From: a virus | Lineage: Duplodnaviria; Caudoviricetes | Strand: one strand, 5' to 3' | IMG/VR virus record: IMGVR_UViG_3300012943_000012 | Location: 1 to 49,463 of that record | Length of the DNA: 49,463 bases | In this document: positions 1 through 10,092 of the stretch, piece by piece | Layout of the letters: each line of letters begins with the position of its first letter | Numbering within the stretch: position 1 is the stretch's first letter | Position numbers and translations under genes: made by a program | Notes under the pieces: generated by a model | What the model saw: the letters and a program-made list of their open reading frames with translations, nothing else | Told to the model about the DNA's origin: nothing | Database searches by the model: none

Positions 1-123
1 TAAGGCTCTTGGTGATTATGGTAGCCTTGAGTTCCGTTCTATGCGTGGTACACGTGACCTCAATTTGATCTACACTTGGGCTGAGACCTTGTATGGTCTC
101 CGAGAGTATGCCAAGACGTTTGA
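1..123. repeat. 123-bp terminal overlap, identical to 49341-49463 (circular assembly)
   Basis: TAAGGCTCTT...CAAGACGTTTGA occurs at both ends, and an ORF reads in frame across the junction. Confidence 0.97.
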
Positions 124-376
124 GAAGCCCTCTGACGTCGTTGAGTCATTCTCCTTACTTGGTGCTGAGGAATTCCTTAGCCGTGCTCTGGGTAAAAATA
201 CAGAGCATTTCCTTTGTGAGGAGTATATGGACCTGTTGTGGACGGGTGTGCGTAATGCACAGGATGTGGCCTACTGTATTGACTGGCAGAAGTTTGAGCC
301 TAAAATGAAGATTGTTGGTGGTCTCGAATTCCCTGACGATATGGTTGTTATTAACGAACCGATGGAAGACTTCTAA
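1..376 (+). CDS. Amidoligase (COOH-NH2 ligase family), 3' part; gene starts at 48829 and spans the junction (~295 aa)
   Basis: The 41..376 ORF is the in-frame continuation of ...[24 protein letters not shown]. Confidence 0.85.
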   Translation, partial: KALGDYGSLEFRSMRGTRDLNLIYTWAETLYGLREYAKTFEKPSDVVESFSLLGAEEFLSRALGKNTEHFLCEEYMDLLWTGVRNAQDVAYCIDWQKFEPKMKIVGGLEFPDDMVVINEPMEDF

Positions 377-1542
377 TGCTCCTGTATCCGTATAAGAATG
401 GTAGTGAAGGTGCTAAGGCTCTTGCTAATTCCTTGGACATCCTACAAATCAAGAAGGAAGGTAGTCGTTTCCGTGGTGGTCCTGAAAAACTTGTAATCAA
501 TTGGGGTAATAGTATGTCTACTGAGGAAGTGGATAAGTGTGCCGTGATTAACCATCCTAAGTCTGTGGCACTTTGTGCTAATAAGCTACACTTTTTTCAA
601 GCTGCTCAACGATGGAATGAAAATTCCGGTTTGATTGATCAGATTATGATGCCAATGTTCAGCACAAACATGGATTGGGCCGGTGATTATGTTCGTGCTG
701 GGTATAAGATCGTGTGCCGGACTGTTTTGAATGGACACAGTGGCGAAGGTGTTGTCATTGCCGAGACAGCTGATCAGTTGGTTAAAGCTCCTCTATACGT
801 TGAATATATCCCTAAGAAGTCTGAGTTCCGTGTCCACATCTTTGATGGGCAGGTGGTAGATGTCCAGCGTAAGGCCCGTAATCCTGAGATTCCGGATGAT
901 CAGGTTAACTGGCAGGTCCGTAATCACCAGAATGGTTTTATCTATGTCCGTGATGAGGCAGCAGATAATGTTCCTCGTGGGGTCTTGACAAATGCCATAA
1001 ATGCTGTTAAGATGGCTAAGTTAGAGTTTGGGGCTGTTGATGTGCTCTGGAATGACCGTCAGGCTCGAGCTTATGTCCTTGAGATTAACACGGCTCCTGG
1101 TCTTACTGGAACTACACTTGAAGGCTACAAGAGCCGTCTTGAGCAAGTTGGTAAGATTTACGCCCAGATTGTGGCTGGGAAGAGAAAGAATAAGCAGGCT
1201 ATCCTGCCTGAGGCTGATCTTGCTGAAGCCTTCCGTCTCTTTGCTGACATTGGTGTGCCCGGAAGAATTCCTGTTGCTCTGGCAGCACCAGCTGAAGCCA
1301 TTCAGCCCGTACCTGAGCAACGTCGTAGGGCTAATCACTTGAATGCTCAGCCTCAGATTAACTGGGGTCAACTGGTTGATGAACCTAACATTGCTCACCA
1401 CCCGGATTGGGCTGCTGGATTAAATGCTAGACAGCGTTTGGAAAGAGCCAGTGTAAGACTCAATAGAAACCCCTTGGATAGTGTAGCTAGACTTGTATAT
1501 AATGAAGCTGCACAAGCTATTCGCCTTGGTAATCTCGGTTAA
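376..1542 (+). CDS. ATP-grasp ligase (phiEco32-type) with C-terminal extension
   Basis: INWG, GHSGEG, EFRVH, FGAVD and VLEINTAPG motifs. Confidence 0.88.
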   Translation: MLLYPYKNGSEGAKALANSLDILQIKKEGSRFRGGPEKLVINWGNSMSTEEVDKCAVINHPKSVALCANKLHFFQAAQRWNENSGLIDQIMMPMFSTNMDWAGDYVRAGYKIVCRTVLNGHSGEGVVIAETADQLVKAPLYVEYIPKKSEFRVHIFDGQVVDVQRKARNPEIPDDQVNWQVRNHQNGFIYVRDEAADNVPRGVLTNAINAVKMAKLEFGAVDVLWNDRQARAYVLEINTAPGLTGTTLEGYKSRLEQVGKIYAQIVAGKRKNKQAILPEADLAEAFRLFADIGVPGRIPVALAAPAEAIQPVPEQRRRANHLNAQPQINWGQLVDEPNIAHHPDWAAGLNARQRLERASVRLNRNPLDSVARLVYNEAAQAIRLGNLG

Positions 1543-2030
1543 TGTTTGAGATCAGCAACTTTCTCCCTGACCCTAAACAAGTCAGGGAGTTTGCTCTCTC
1601 ACAGAAGTTTGGTGATCTTAAGGCTTACGATGGGGAAACCTATAGGCGTATTGTGAACGTAGAAGTACCCGGCCTTGAAGAAGCTATAGAAAGAACAATG
1701 GGCCCTGTTCTAATGTTGGGGCAGGGCTTCCGTCTTAACTTTGGTGGAGAGTTACCTAATCATGCTGTTCATATTGATGTTGGCTGGGGTACTCACGCTC
1801 TTGTACTTTATCTCTCATCCTGCCCAGCCATTGAAACAGGGACAGCCTTTTATAAATCCACAGACGGAGAGCCAGAAATGGTTAGCCTCTGTAAAGAAGA
1901 GTTTGGTAAGGCAGTTATCTACAGATCCGACGTACCCCATTCCAGATGGCCTCTTGAGGCTTATGGATCAAGTGCCGAAGACGGCAGATTAATTGCTGTA
2001 GCATTCTTCACACCATTTTCGGAGATGTAA
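1542..2030 (+). CDS. Putative 2OG-Fe(II) oxygenase
   Basis: HxD (HID), ALVLYL, GTAFY, distal H (PHSR) and late R (GRL). Confidence 0.7.
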   Translation: MFEISNFLPDPKQVREFALSQKFGDLKAYDGETYRRIVNVEVPGLEEAIERTMGPVLMLGQGFRLNFGGELPNHAVHIDVGWGTHALVLYLSSCPAIETGTAFYKSTDGEPEMVSLCKEEFGKAVIYRSDVPHSRWPLEAYGSSAEDGRLIAVAFFTPFSEM

Positions 2031-2186
2031 ATGTTTGGTTCGCTATTTAATGCTATCACTGACGTTGCTAAGATTGTAGTTGCTCCTGTTGAAATTGCAG
2101 CAGGTGTAACAAGAGCTGTTACCAAACCTCTGGCTGAGGCTGCTGGGGAGTTGGTGAAAGATGTTAAGAAGTTGGCTGAGGATTAA
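2031..2186 (+). CDS. 51-aa amphipathic helical protein (MFGSLFNAITDVAK...)
   Basis: ATG directly follows the upstream stop, GGAG lies upstream, and the ORF is clean. Confidence 0.7.
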   Translation: MFGSLFNAITDVAKIVVAPVEIAAGVTRAVTKPLAEAAGELVKDVKKLAED

Positions 2187-2231
2187 TCAATGTGGGTGTC
2201 ATAATTTCTAATAAAAATCAAGGAGGGTGTA

Positions 2232-3902
2232 TTGTCCACATGTTTGGTAAAGATCCCACATGATAAGTGTGGTAGTAGTGATGCCCTCCAAGTCTTTGAG
2301 AATGATGATAAGACTGTAAGTGGCTATTGTTTCAAGTGTCACACTTATGTAGCCAATCCGTTTGGTGATCAAGTGGATGCTAGTGTCATTAAGGAAAAGT
2401 ATCCAGTAAAGGTTAGCAAATCTAAGGAAGAGATTAAGCAGGAGATGCAGGAAATCTTTGAGTTAGATTCCTGTGATCTTGCTGAACGTAAACTTAGAAA
2501 GTCTAGTTTGGATGCCTTTGGAGTTAAGGTTGGTTATGATGAGTCAGATGGTAAGACACCTAGACTCGTATTCTTTCCTTATACTAAGGATGGTGATATT
2601 GTCAAGTACAAGGTCCGACTTCTCGGTCAGAAGAGGATGTGGTCCATTGGTATTGACAAAGATGTAGATTTGTTTGGTTGGGAACAAGCCTTGGGTTCAG
2701 GTGCCAAGAAGATCATCATTACTGAAGGTGAGTATGATGCCATCGCTATGCGCAGAATCCTGGAGACCTACACTACAGAATCCTATAAGGATTATATGCC
2801 TGCTGTGGTCTCACTTCCCGATGGTAGCAGTTCTGCTACTAAGGCCATCACTAAGGCCTATCCCAAACTAAAGAAAACATTCACTGATGTAATCCTAGCC
2901 TTTGATCAAGATGAGGCTGGTAAGAAAGCAGTGGAAGATGTAATGCGTATCCTACCTGATGCTAAGGTAGCTGAACTTCCTTGTAAGGATGCTAATGAAG
3001 CCATTCTAAAGGGTATTGGTAAGGCTGTATGGAGGGCTGTCACATTCGCTGCTGACAAGCCTAAGAACACCAGACTAATCAAGGGTAGCCAACTTAGAGA
3101 GGCTGCCATGAGACGTCCTGAGATGGGGTTAAGTTGGCCATATGAAGGTCTCACGAAACTTACTCGAGGCATTCGAAGAGGTGAGACTTATTACTTCGGT
3201 GCTGGCGTTAAGATGGGAAAGAGTGAGTTGGTTAATGACATTGCCAAGCATCTTATGGTTGTTCATGATCTACCTGTTATGTTGTGTAAGCCCGAAGAAG
3301 ATAAGGCTGAAACTTATAGGCGTCTGGTCGGGAAAGTGGCAGGAAGAATTTTCCATGACCCAGACGTAGAGTTTGACGAAGAAGCATTCCTTGCTGGTGA
3401 TAAACTTGTTGGTGATAAGGCCATCGTTGTAGATAATTACCAGTTTGTTAACTGGGATAACTTGAAGGATGATATCCGTTATGCAGTTGGTAATGAAGGC
3501 GTACATGATATTATCATTGATCCAGTTACCTGTTTTACTTCTGGAATGTCTGCTAGTGATACGAATGAATTTTTGGTCTCATGGTCTGCCGAGTTGTCTT
3601 CGATGGCGAAGGATCTTAACTTCACTTCGTACATCTTCTGTCACCTCAAGGCACCTGAAAGTGGTGCACCACACGAACGTGGTGGACAAGTTCTGAGTAC
3701 ACAGTTTACTGGCAGCCGAGCAATGATGAGATCCTGTCATCTAATGGTGGGTTTGGAAGGTAATAAAGATCCTGAGTTGGCTCTTGAGGAACGTAACATT
3801 CGTAAGCTCAAGATCCTTGAGGATCGAAACTTTGGTGCCAGTGGTGTAATTAAACTCTACTGGGACTACAAAAGTGGAATGTTTAATGAGATGAGGGTGT
3901 AG
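2232..3902 (+). CDS. T7 gp4-like primase-helicase
   Basis: N-terminal Zn finger, TOPRIM (EGEYD, FDQDEAG), Walker A variant AGVKMGKS, IIIDP. Confidence 0.95.
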   Translation: MSTCLVKIPHDKCGSSDALQVFENDDKTVSGYCFKCHTYVANPFGDQVDASVIKEKYPVKVSKSKEEIKQEMQEIFELDSCDLAERKLRKSSLDAFGVKVGYDESDGKTPRLVFFPYTKDGDIVKYKVRLLGQKRMWSIGIDKDVDLFGWEQALGSGAKKIIITEGEYDAIAMRRILETYTTESYKDYMPAVVSLPDGSSSATKAITKAYPKLKKTFTDVILAFDQDEAGKKAVEDVMRILPDAKVAELPCKDANEAILKGIGKAVWRAVTFAADKPKNTRLIKGSQLREAAMRRPEMGLSWPYEGLTKLTRGIRRGETYYFGAGVKMGKSELVNDIAKHLMVVHDLPVMLCKPEEDKAETYRRLVGKVAGRIFHDPDVEFDEEAFLAGDKLVGDKAIVVDNYQFVNWDNLKDDIRYAVGNEGVHDIIIDPVTCFTSGMSASDTNEFLVSWSAELSSMAKDLNFTSYIFCHLKAPESGAPHERGGQVLSTQFTGSRAMMRSCHLMVGLEGNKDPELALEERNIRKLKILEDRNFGASGVIKLYWDYKSGMFNEMRV

Positions 3903-3943
3903 TATGTTTGACATGGAACTGTTTCTAGAATGGGCGGCTATGT

Positions 3944-4435
3944 ATGCTGGCGAAATCTGAACTTGAGTGCTTCTATTATGAGAACTATGACAGTCTAGTC
4001 AAGCGTACTTCCAGTAGATGTGGTAGCCCATTTGATGCTGAAGATATTGTACAGACAGCTTTTGAGAAGGCTCTAAGATATTGGAAGACGTACACTGAAG
4101 GTACCCATCTTGACAGATGGTTCAGTGTTATTCTTAATAATACTTTGAGAGATCATCAAAACGCTGTAAGAATGGGTCCTGTAACCAAACCTCTTGAAGA
4201 ACATCTTGATGACATTGAACCTATCATTCCTAATGATGTGCTTCCTGTAATCAGACAGGATATCAAGAATATGGCTAAAGCTGAGGCTGAACCTACACGA
4301 ACAGTGCTTAGACTTCACTTAGATTTTGGGTTCACTTGTGGAGAGATCAATGATCTAATGCAGGGCTTGACATATCGTAAGATCAATGATATGATTAAAG
4401 TCTTTCAGAGAAAAGTAATCAAGAGGTACGAATGA
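3944..4435 (+). CDS. ECF-like RNA polymerase sigma factor
   Basis: Region 2 motif DAEDIVQTAF...WFSVILNNTLRD and a region 4 HTH-like C-terminus. Confidence 0.85.
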   Translation: MLAKSELECFYYENYDSLVKRTSSRCGSPFDAEDIVQTAFEKALRYWKTYTEGTHLDRWFSVILNNTLRDHQNAVRMGPVTKPLEEHLDDIEPIIPNDVLPVIRQDIKNMAKAEAEPTRTVLRLHLDFGFTCGEINDLMQGLTYRKINDMIKVFQRKVIKRYE

Positions 4436-6291
4436 GATTCACAGTCTTTGACGCAGAAGCAAACGGTCTGCATCCAGATAAATTCCACTGCGTCAGCTAC
4501 CGGGAACAGAATGGAATCGTCAGCGTCACGGACTATGATGATATGAAGACATTTCTCTCAGGGAGTGAAATCCTTGTAGGCCACAATATTTCTCGCTGGG
4601 ATATCCCTAATTTAGAACGGGTGCTAGGGATAAAGATAAGTGCCAGACTAATAGACACTCTCGCCATTTCATGGTATTTGCAGCCACAACGGCTTCGCCA
4701 TGGACTTGAATCATATGGTGATGAGTTTTGTGTTAAGAAGCCTTATATACCAGATTGGGAGAACCAAGCACTGGAAGATTACATCAACCGGTGTCAGAGA
4801 GACGTAGAGATTAACTCCATCTTGTGGGATAGGCAGTGGGAGATCCTCAAGGAGCTTTACGGATCTGAAGCGGAGGCCTTACGGTTCTTAGCCTACCTAG
4901 AGTTTAAGATGGATTGTGCACGAGAACAGGAAGAGGTTCGCTGGAAGCTCGACACCAAGAGAGCTGAGGGCTCATTGGAAAGGATGATTGTCGAGCGAGA
5001 TGCTAAGCTGGAAGACCTTAAGAGTGCAATGCCTAAGGTTCCAGTTAAAGCAATTAAGAGGAAGCCTGCAAAACCATTCAAGATGAATGGGCAGCTAAGT
5101 GTTGCAGGTCAAGATTGGTACTTGTTTTGTGAGAATAGGGATATAGATCCAGTCATGACAGAGAGTTATGACTATGTTAAGGATTACAATGAGCCCAACC
5201 CAGGCTCACATGATCAAGTAAAATCTTGGTTGTACTCATTAGGTTGGAAGCCTGAGACCTTCAAATTCGATAGGGATAAGCAGACAGGGGATGTCAGGAA
5301 GATTGCTCAGGTGGCTCAAGAAAAAGCTAAGGGGCCGGGGTTATGTCCTAGTGTCTTGAAGTTGATTGCTAAGGAACCTAAGATTAAGGTTCTAGATGGT
5401 TTGTTTGTTCTCAAACATCGTATCTCAGTGCTTGAAGGATTCCTTGAGAATCATGAAGAAGGCTGGCTCAAAGCTGAAGTAGACGGCTTTACGAATACTT
5501 TGAGATTTAAACATAGAACCATCGTCAATCTTCCCGGAGTACAGAACCCATATGGTGAGGATATCAGGGGTTGTTTGATTGCACCAGATGGAGAGGAGTT
5601 GTGTGGTAGTGATATGTCAGGGCTAGAGGATAGACTTAAGCAACACTTTATCTACCCTTATGATCCTGAGTACGTTAAGGAGATGAATCGTGACGATTTT
5701 GATCCACATTTGGACTTGGCAACTAACGCTGGAGCTGTATCAGTACAAGATGCAGATACATATAAGTCAGCTGAGAAAAAGGATGTGGGAATTAAGAACA
5801 TTAGGCACACATACAAGCAAGGGAATTACGCTTGCCAGTATGGTGCTGGTGTTCCAAGGTTGGCTCTTACTGTTGGATGTGACAGATCGACTGCTGAGTC
5901 TATTCATGCAGCTTATTGGAAGCGTAACTGGTCTATCAAACAAGCTGCATCTGATCAAGTAGTAAAAGTTAGCGATGGGCAGATGTGGTTGTACAATCCT
6001 ATCAGCAAGTTCTATTACTCCTTGAGAGCAGAGAAGGATAAGTTCTCCACCTTAGTACAAGGTAGTGCTGTGTATTGCTTTGATATGTGGGTAAGAGAAC
6101 TTAGGAAAAGGGGCCTGCACATGGCTGGTCAATTCCACGACGAGGTTGTGAGCCCAGTTAAGAAGGATGACAAGGAAAGAGTTAAGGCTATTGTCAGAGA
6201 AGCCATCAATTCGGTTAACAAGAAACTAAAGCTCAATAGGGAGCTTGATGTAGACACTCAATTTGGGGAAAATTATGCCTCGATCCATTAA
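4432..6291 (+). CDS. polA: Family A DNA polymerase with 3'-5' exonuclease
   Basis: FDAE exonuclease I, GHNI, motif A DMSGLE, motif B RHTYKQGNY...YG, motif C HDE. Confidence 0.96.
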   Translation: MRFTVFDAEANGLHPDKFHCVSYREQNGIVSVTDYDDMKTFLSGSEILVGHNISRWDIPNLERVLGIKISARLIDTLAISWYLQPQRLRHGLESYGDEFCVKKPYIPDWENQALEDYINRCQRDVEINSILWDRQWEILKELYGSEAEALRFLAYLEFKMDCAREQEEVRWKLDTKRAEGSLERMIVERDAKLEDLKSAMPKVPVKAIKRKPAKPFKMNGQLSVAGQDWYLFCENRDIDPVMTESYDYVKDYNEPNPGSHDQVKSWLYSLGWKPETFKFDRDKQTGDVRKIAQVAQEKAKGPGLCPSVLKLIAKEPKIKVLDGLFVLKHRISVLEGFLENHEEGWLKAEVDGFTNTLRFKHRTIVNLPGVQNPYGEDIRGCLIAPDGEELCGSDMSGLEDRLKQHFIYPYDPEYVKEMNRDDFDPHLDLATNAGAVSVQDADTYKSAEKKDVGIKNIRHTYKQGNYACQYGAGVPRLALTVGCDRSTAESIHAAYWKRNWSIKQAASDQVVKVSDGQMWLYNPISKFYYSLRAEKDKFSTLVQGSAVYCFDMWVRELRKRGLHMAGQFHDEVVSPVKKDDKERVKAIVREAINSVNKKLKLNRELDVDTQFGENYASIH

Positions 6292-6460
6292 GCCACACAT
6301 GTCTAAAGATGAGCTAATTAGCTTTGATAAGGATATCTTAGGGGTTACATATGACGATGGACTTGCTGTAATTGTCCTCGGATATGATGTAGCCACTGTA
6401 ACATTTGATAAGAAGGATCTTGAAGATTTGATTCAATTTATTAAGAGGAATGAACTGTGA
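6275..6460 (+). CDS. Hypothetical protein
   Basis: ORF overlapping both neighbours; ATG start chosen over the upstream TTG. Confidence 0.6.
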   Translation: MPRSIKPHMSKDELISFDKDILGVTYDDGLAVIVLGYDVATVTFDKKDLEDLIQFIKRNEL

Positions 6461-7119
6461 GTTTTGATTTGACCAAACAAAAGTCTAGTGGTGGTTTTAA
6501 GCAGCCCCTGCTGGAAGTAGGTACTGCCCCAGCCCGTCTGGTCCGTATCATTGACCTTGGTATTCAGCCTCAGCAGGCTTTTGAGGGCAAGGATAAGCCC
6601 CCAGCACACATGGTGGACTGGACTTGGGAACTAGTAGATGTCTTCATGGTGGACAAGGATGGTAATGAAGATGAGAGTAAGCCTCGCTGGATCAGTGAGC
6701 AGTTTCCTCTTCACAATCCTAAGGCCGATCTTGCCAAGTCAACTAAGCGTTGTAATGCTGTTGATCCGGATAAGAAGCTGAACTACCAGATGGATAAGTA
6801 CATTGGCCTTCCGGCTATGGTGACCATTGGTCACAAGGTTAGTAAGGGCAACACCTATGCTAATGTCCTGAACGTTGGTCCAATGCGTCCTAAGGACATT
6901 GAGAAGTGTCCTGAGCTTAAGAATGAGCCTGTTGTGTTCACTCTTGATGAGCCTGATATGGAAATCTTCAAGTCGTTCCCTGACTGGCTTAAGGAGCGGA
7001 TCATGGGTAATCTTGAGTTTAAGGGTAGTAAGCTGGATAAGGCCTTGAATGGTGATAAGGCTAGTGAGCCTGAGCAGGATGAACAAGAACCTGAGAATGG
7101 AGAGCAGGAAGCATGGTAA
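6457..7119 (+). CDS. Probable single-stranded DNA-binding protein
   Basis: Replication-module position; acidic tail ending in an aromatic residue (EPEQDEQEPENGEQEAW), as in T7 gp2.5. Confidence 0.65.
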   Translation: MSFDLTKQKSSGGFKQPLLEVGTAPARLVRIIDLGIQPQQAFEGKDKPPAHMVDWTWELVDVFMVDKDGNEDESKPRWISEQFPLHNPKADLAKSTKRCNAVDPDKKLNYQMDKYIGLPAMVTIGHKVSKGNTYANVLNVGPMRPKDIEKCPELKNEPVVFTLDEPDMEIFKSFPDWLKERIMGNLEFKGSKLDKALNGDKASEPEQDEQEPENGEQEAW

Positions 7120-7412
7120 ATCTCGTTGGTAAGTTTGCTAAGGTGAAGAGTGATAAGTATGAAGAGTATGGACTTCCTGAAGGGACTCCTGTATTCGTTG
7201 CTGGTAGTGGCTTTAGTCCTCTCGATGATGATGATAACTATAAGCTGCTATTTGTGGTGGCACGTCTTGGTGGAGACAACCTGCCAGTAGCCCCTGGGGT
7301 TACCATTGCTCGTAGTAGTCTAGAGGTTCTCAGTGATGAGGACAGTGCTGAATATAAGAAGAAGATGGAAGATGCACTCCCAGCAGAAACAGCAGCCCAA
7401 GAAGCCGGTTGA
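7113..7412 (+). CDS. Hypothetical protein
   Basis: ORF with upstream AGGA, overlapping the previous gene. Confidence 0.7.
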   Translation: MVNLVGKFAKVKSDKYEEYGLPEGTPVFVAGSGFSPLDDDDNYKLLFVVARLGGDNLPVAPGVTIARSSLEVLSDEDSAEYKKKMEDALPAETAAQEAG

Positions 7413-7512
7413 TCCTGAAGAAAGTAAAGCCTCTAAGCTCCGTAAGAAAGCTCTAAGGGAACTTAGAGAACACGATATGGAGGATGTGGATGAGATGCCT
7501 TATAGACGCTGA
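7372..7512 (+). CDS. 46-aa charged hypothetical protein
   Basis: Fills the gap between neighbours; MHSQQKQQPKK... Confidence 0.45.
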   Translation: MHSQQKQQPKKPVDPEESKASKLRKKALRELREHDMEDVDEMPYRR

Positions 7513-8389
7513 TATCCTGACCTATGAGTGTTCTGCTATAGGCCAGTTCAAGGATGAATCAACTGGTGAGATTGTCATGAAAGACTTCTCTAGGGTTGAA
7601 GAACATCTGCACCAGAAGATTAAGGAAATCTTGGAGGAGTGTGACTCAGATGAAGAGCCACTCCTCTTCCTTACTGGTGATAGACACCTAGCTAAACTTC
7701 TGAATAGAAGACCGAAGTGGAGTGAACCTTCGGAACCATTAGAATTACTTCCTTCATTCAGATATTTTGAAGCAAAGACAAGACCGTACAAAGGTAATAG
7801 AAAGGATGTAGAGAAGCCTCTACACTACCATAATATCAGAGCCTATATTCTGTCAGAGTTCGAATGTGTGATCTCTAATGGACTTGAAGCTGATGATATG
7901 TTGGCAATGCACATGACCAAGAATCCTAACACCATCCTATGCTCCATAGATAAAGATCTGAGACAGGTTCCGGGTTGGCATTATTCTTGGTCTATTGGAC
8001 CGAGGCCTAGTATTCCTCTCTACGAGGTTGATGAGTTCGGTACAATGGAGTTGGTTGATAAAGGGAAGAGTAAGGCCTTGAAGGCCACAGGTATTAGAAG
8101 TTTGTTTGCTCAGGCCCTAATGGGGGATTTGGTGGATAATATCCAAGGCATTCCCAAATGTGGTCCTGTGATGGCATATAACATTCTTAGTCCCTGCCTA
8201 ACGGAACTAGAACTGTTCCTTGCTACAGCCAATAAGTACCGTGAAGTGTATACATTAGACTGGAAAGAAAAACTCAGAGAACATATGGATTTAGTTTATA
8301 TGATTCGAGAGACGGATGAGGAAGGAAATCCTGTCCGGTATAAGTATCCAGAAGGGAGTGATCTTTGGGAAGACCCTCAGGAGAATTAA
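7490..8389 (+). CDS. 5'-3' exonuclease (T7 gp6-like)
   Basis: LIDAD, YKGNR, LEADD, SIDKDL and GDLVDNIQG motifs. Confidence 0.92.
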   Translation: MRCLIDADILTYECSAIGQFKDESTGEIVMKDFSRVEEHLHQKIKEILEECDSDEEPLLFLTGDRHLAKLLNRRPKWSEPSEPLELLPSFRYFEAKTRPYKGNRKDVEKPLHYHNIRAYILSEFECVISNGLEADDMLAMHMTKNPNTILCSIDKDLRQVPGWHYSWSIGPRPSIPLYEVDEFGTMELVDKGKSKALKATGIRSLFAQALMGDLVDNIQGIPKCGPVMAYNILSPCLTELELFLATANKYREVYTLDWKEKLREHMDLVYMIRETDEEGNPVRYKYPEGSDLWEDPQEN

Positions 8390-8784
8390 CCAGATGTGGA
8401 GGTAAGTGGACTGAGGCTTACTTCAGGAATTTTGTCAAGAATCAGATCAGATCAGCTACACGCAAGTGGCACCCAATTCAGCAGTGTAAGAAAGATGCTA
8501 AGGTTGGGTATGCTGAATACCAGTGTGCATGTTGTAAAGAAACTGTTCCTCCTACAATCTATGATGATATTAAGGGCAAGCGTGTCACTAATATCTTCGT
8601 AGACCATATCAACCCCATTGTTGATCCTACTAAGGGTTTCACCACTTGGGATGATTTTGTTGAAGGCACTTTCTGTGAGGCAGATAATCTGCAACTTCTT
8701 TGTGGCAAGTGTCATAAAGCTAAATCACAAGAAGAAATTGAGGTCGCCAAAGAGCGACGAGCTAAGGAAAAGAAGAATGCTTGA
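8365..8784 (+). CDS. HNH endonuclease
   Basis: CACC...VDHINP...NLQLLCGKCH. Confidence 0.85.
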   Translation: MGRPSGELTRCGGKWTEAYFRNFVKNQIRSATRKWHPIQQCKKDAKVGYAEYQCACCKETVPPTIYDDIKGKRVTNIFVDHINPIVDPTKGFTTWDDFVEGTFCEADNLQLLCGKCHKAKSQEEIEVAKERRAKEKKNA

Positions 8785-9034
8785 AGAATATCATAACTTC
8801 ATGGATGTTGAAGATGTTGAACTCCGTTCTTGGAATCGGTGTGCAGTGATCTTTAATATTGCTGCCGATGAGGCTGAGGGTATGTGGAAAGAGTATTTTG
8901 CTCAGTTCAACGAGGAAGATCAGAAGTCCATTCGTAAGATGTATCAGAGGATTAAGAATGACGGCTATGAATTTACCCGAGCAGCAGTCTCTCGTCGATA
9001 TAACGCTATCCGACCAGTCTATGCCGAAAACTGA
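8777..9034 (+). CDS. Hypothetical protein (85 aa)
   Basis: ATG at 8777 with upstream AAGGA; the longer call overlaps the HNH gene. Confidence 0.7.
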   Translation: MLEEYHNFMDVEDVELRSWNRCAVIFNIAADEAEGMWKEYFAQFNEEDQKSIRKMYQRIKNDGYEFTRAAVSRRYNAIRPVYAEN

Positions 9035-9326
9035 TCAAGCCCTTCGATATAACAACGGTAAGCCACAGTTGAGTTATCTCCTAGATGCGCCATTTGCTAT
9101 GGAAGGTTTGGCTAGACGGTTTGAACTTGGTGCAAAGAAATATTCCAGAGATAATTGGAAGAAGGGTCTTCCTGATAATGAGGTGATTGATTGTCTTACA
9201 AGACATTTGATGGCCTACCATAATGGAGAGGCTGAGGATGCTGATGGCGGATTCCACGTTGATGCTATCCTTTGGAATGCTGTAGTCCTTTCTGAACAAT
9301 TCTATAAACGGAGACAGAATGGCTAA
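9021..9326 (+). CDS. dATP/dGTP diphosphohydrolase-like (DUF5664) protein
   Basis: YNNGKP...GAKKYSRDNWKKG...RHL...H...WNA pattern. Confidence 0.8.
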   Translation: MPKTDQALRYNNGKPQLSYLLDAPFAMEGLARRFELGAKKYSRDNWKKGLPDNEVIDCLTRHLMAYHNGEAEDADGGFHVDAILWNAVVLSEQFYKRRQNG

Positions 9327-10092
9327 GATTCTCTATTTGGACATCGAAACTTGTCCTAAGCTAGCTTATGTATACAGTTTCTTTAAGACTAACATCAGCC
9401 CTAAGCAGGTTAAGGAGCATGGTTACATCCTGTCATATGCTGCCATTTGGGGAGATGCTCCTGATAAGGAGATCATCTATAATGAAACCCGTAGTGAAGA
9501 TGATCAGGAACTCATCGAGGAACTGATTGACCTTTTGGACGAGGCTGATATTGTAATTGGTCATAATGTAGATGGTTTCGATGTTAACACCATCAGTGCT
9601 AGAGCCCTGATCCTTGGTCTTAAGCCACCTAGCCCATTTAAGGTAGTTGATACTTATAAGGCAGCCAAACGATACTTCAAGTTTGAATCCAACTCTCTGG
9701 AGTACATTAGTACAGTACTTAAGGTTAAGCATAAGAAGCTAAGCCATAATAAGTTTCCTGGGTTTGAGTTGTGGATTCAATGTATGAAGGGTAACAAGGA
9801 AGCCTTCGCTGAGAATAAGACCTACAATTGTTGGGACACTCTCACCACACGGGACGTGTATAAGGAAATGCGTCCTTGGATTCGTAACCATCCTAACTTG
9901 GCTGTGTTTGATGAGGTTGATGAGTATGTTTGTGTCGCTTGTGGTGGTACTCATGTTCATCTTCGTGGGTTTGCCCACACTAATATTGCTAAGTACCAGA
10001 GATACCTCTGCCTCGAATGTGGCAAGTGGAATCGAACCCGAGTAAATGAACGTGACAAGAAGTCCTCAAGGAGTCTGTTAACTAATGCTTAA
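9319..10092 (+). CDS. RNase H-fold (DEDD) exonuclease with C-terminal Zn ribbon
   Basis: LDIET, GHNVDGFD, YNCWD; CVAC...CLEC. Confidence 0.82.
   Translation: MAKILYLDIETCPKLAYVYSFFKTNISPKQVKEHGYILSYAAIWGDAPDKEIIYNETRSEDDQELIEELIDLLDEADIVIGHNVDGFDVNTISARALILGLKPPSPFKVVDTYKAAKRYFKFESNSLEYISTVLKVKHKKLSHNKFPGFELWIQCMKGNKEAFAENKTYNCWDTLTTRDVYKEMRPWIRNHPNLAVFDEVDEYVCVACGGTHVHLRGFAHTNIAKYQRYLCLECGKWNRTRVNERDKKSSRSLLTNA

Noticed and set aside
8365-8784. HNH gene as part of a mobile intron
   Set aside because: The flanking genes are intact and PolA, NrdA and TerL are uninterrupted.
9021-9326. Z-genome (2-aminoadenine) pathway suggested by the DUF5664 protein
   Set aside because: No PurZ or DatZ-like gene was recognised.
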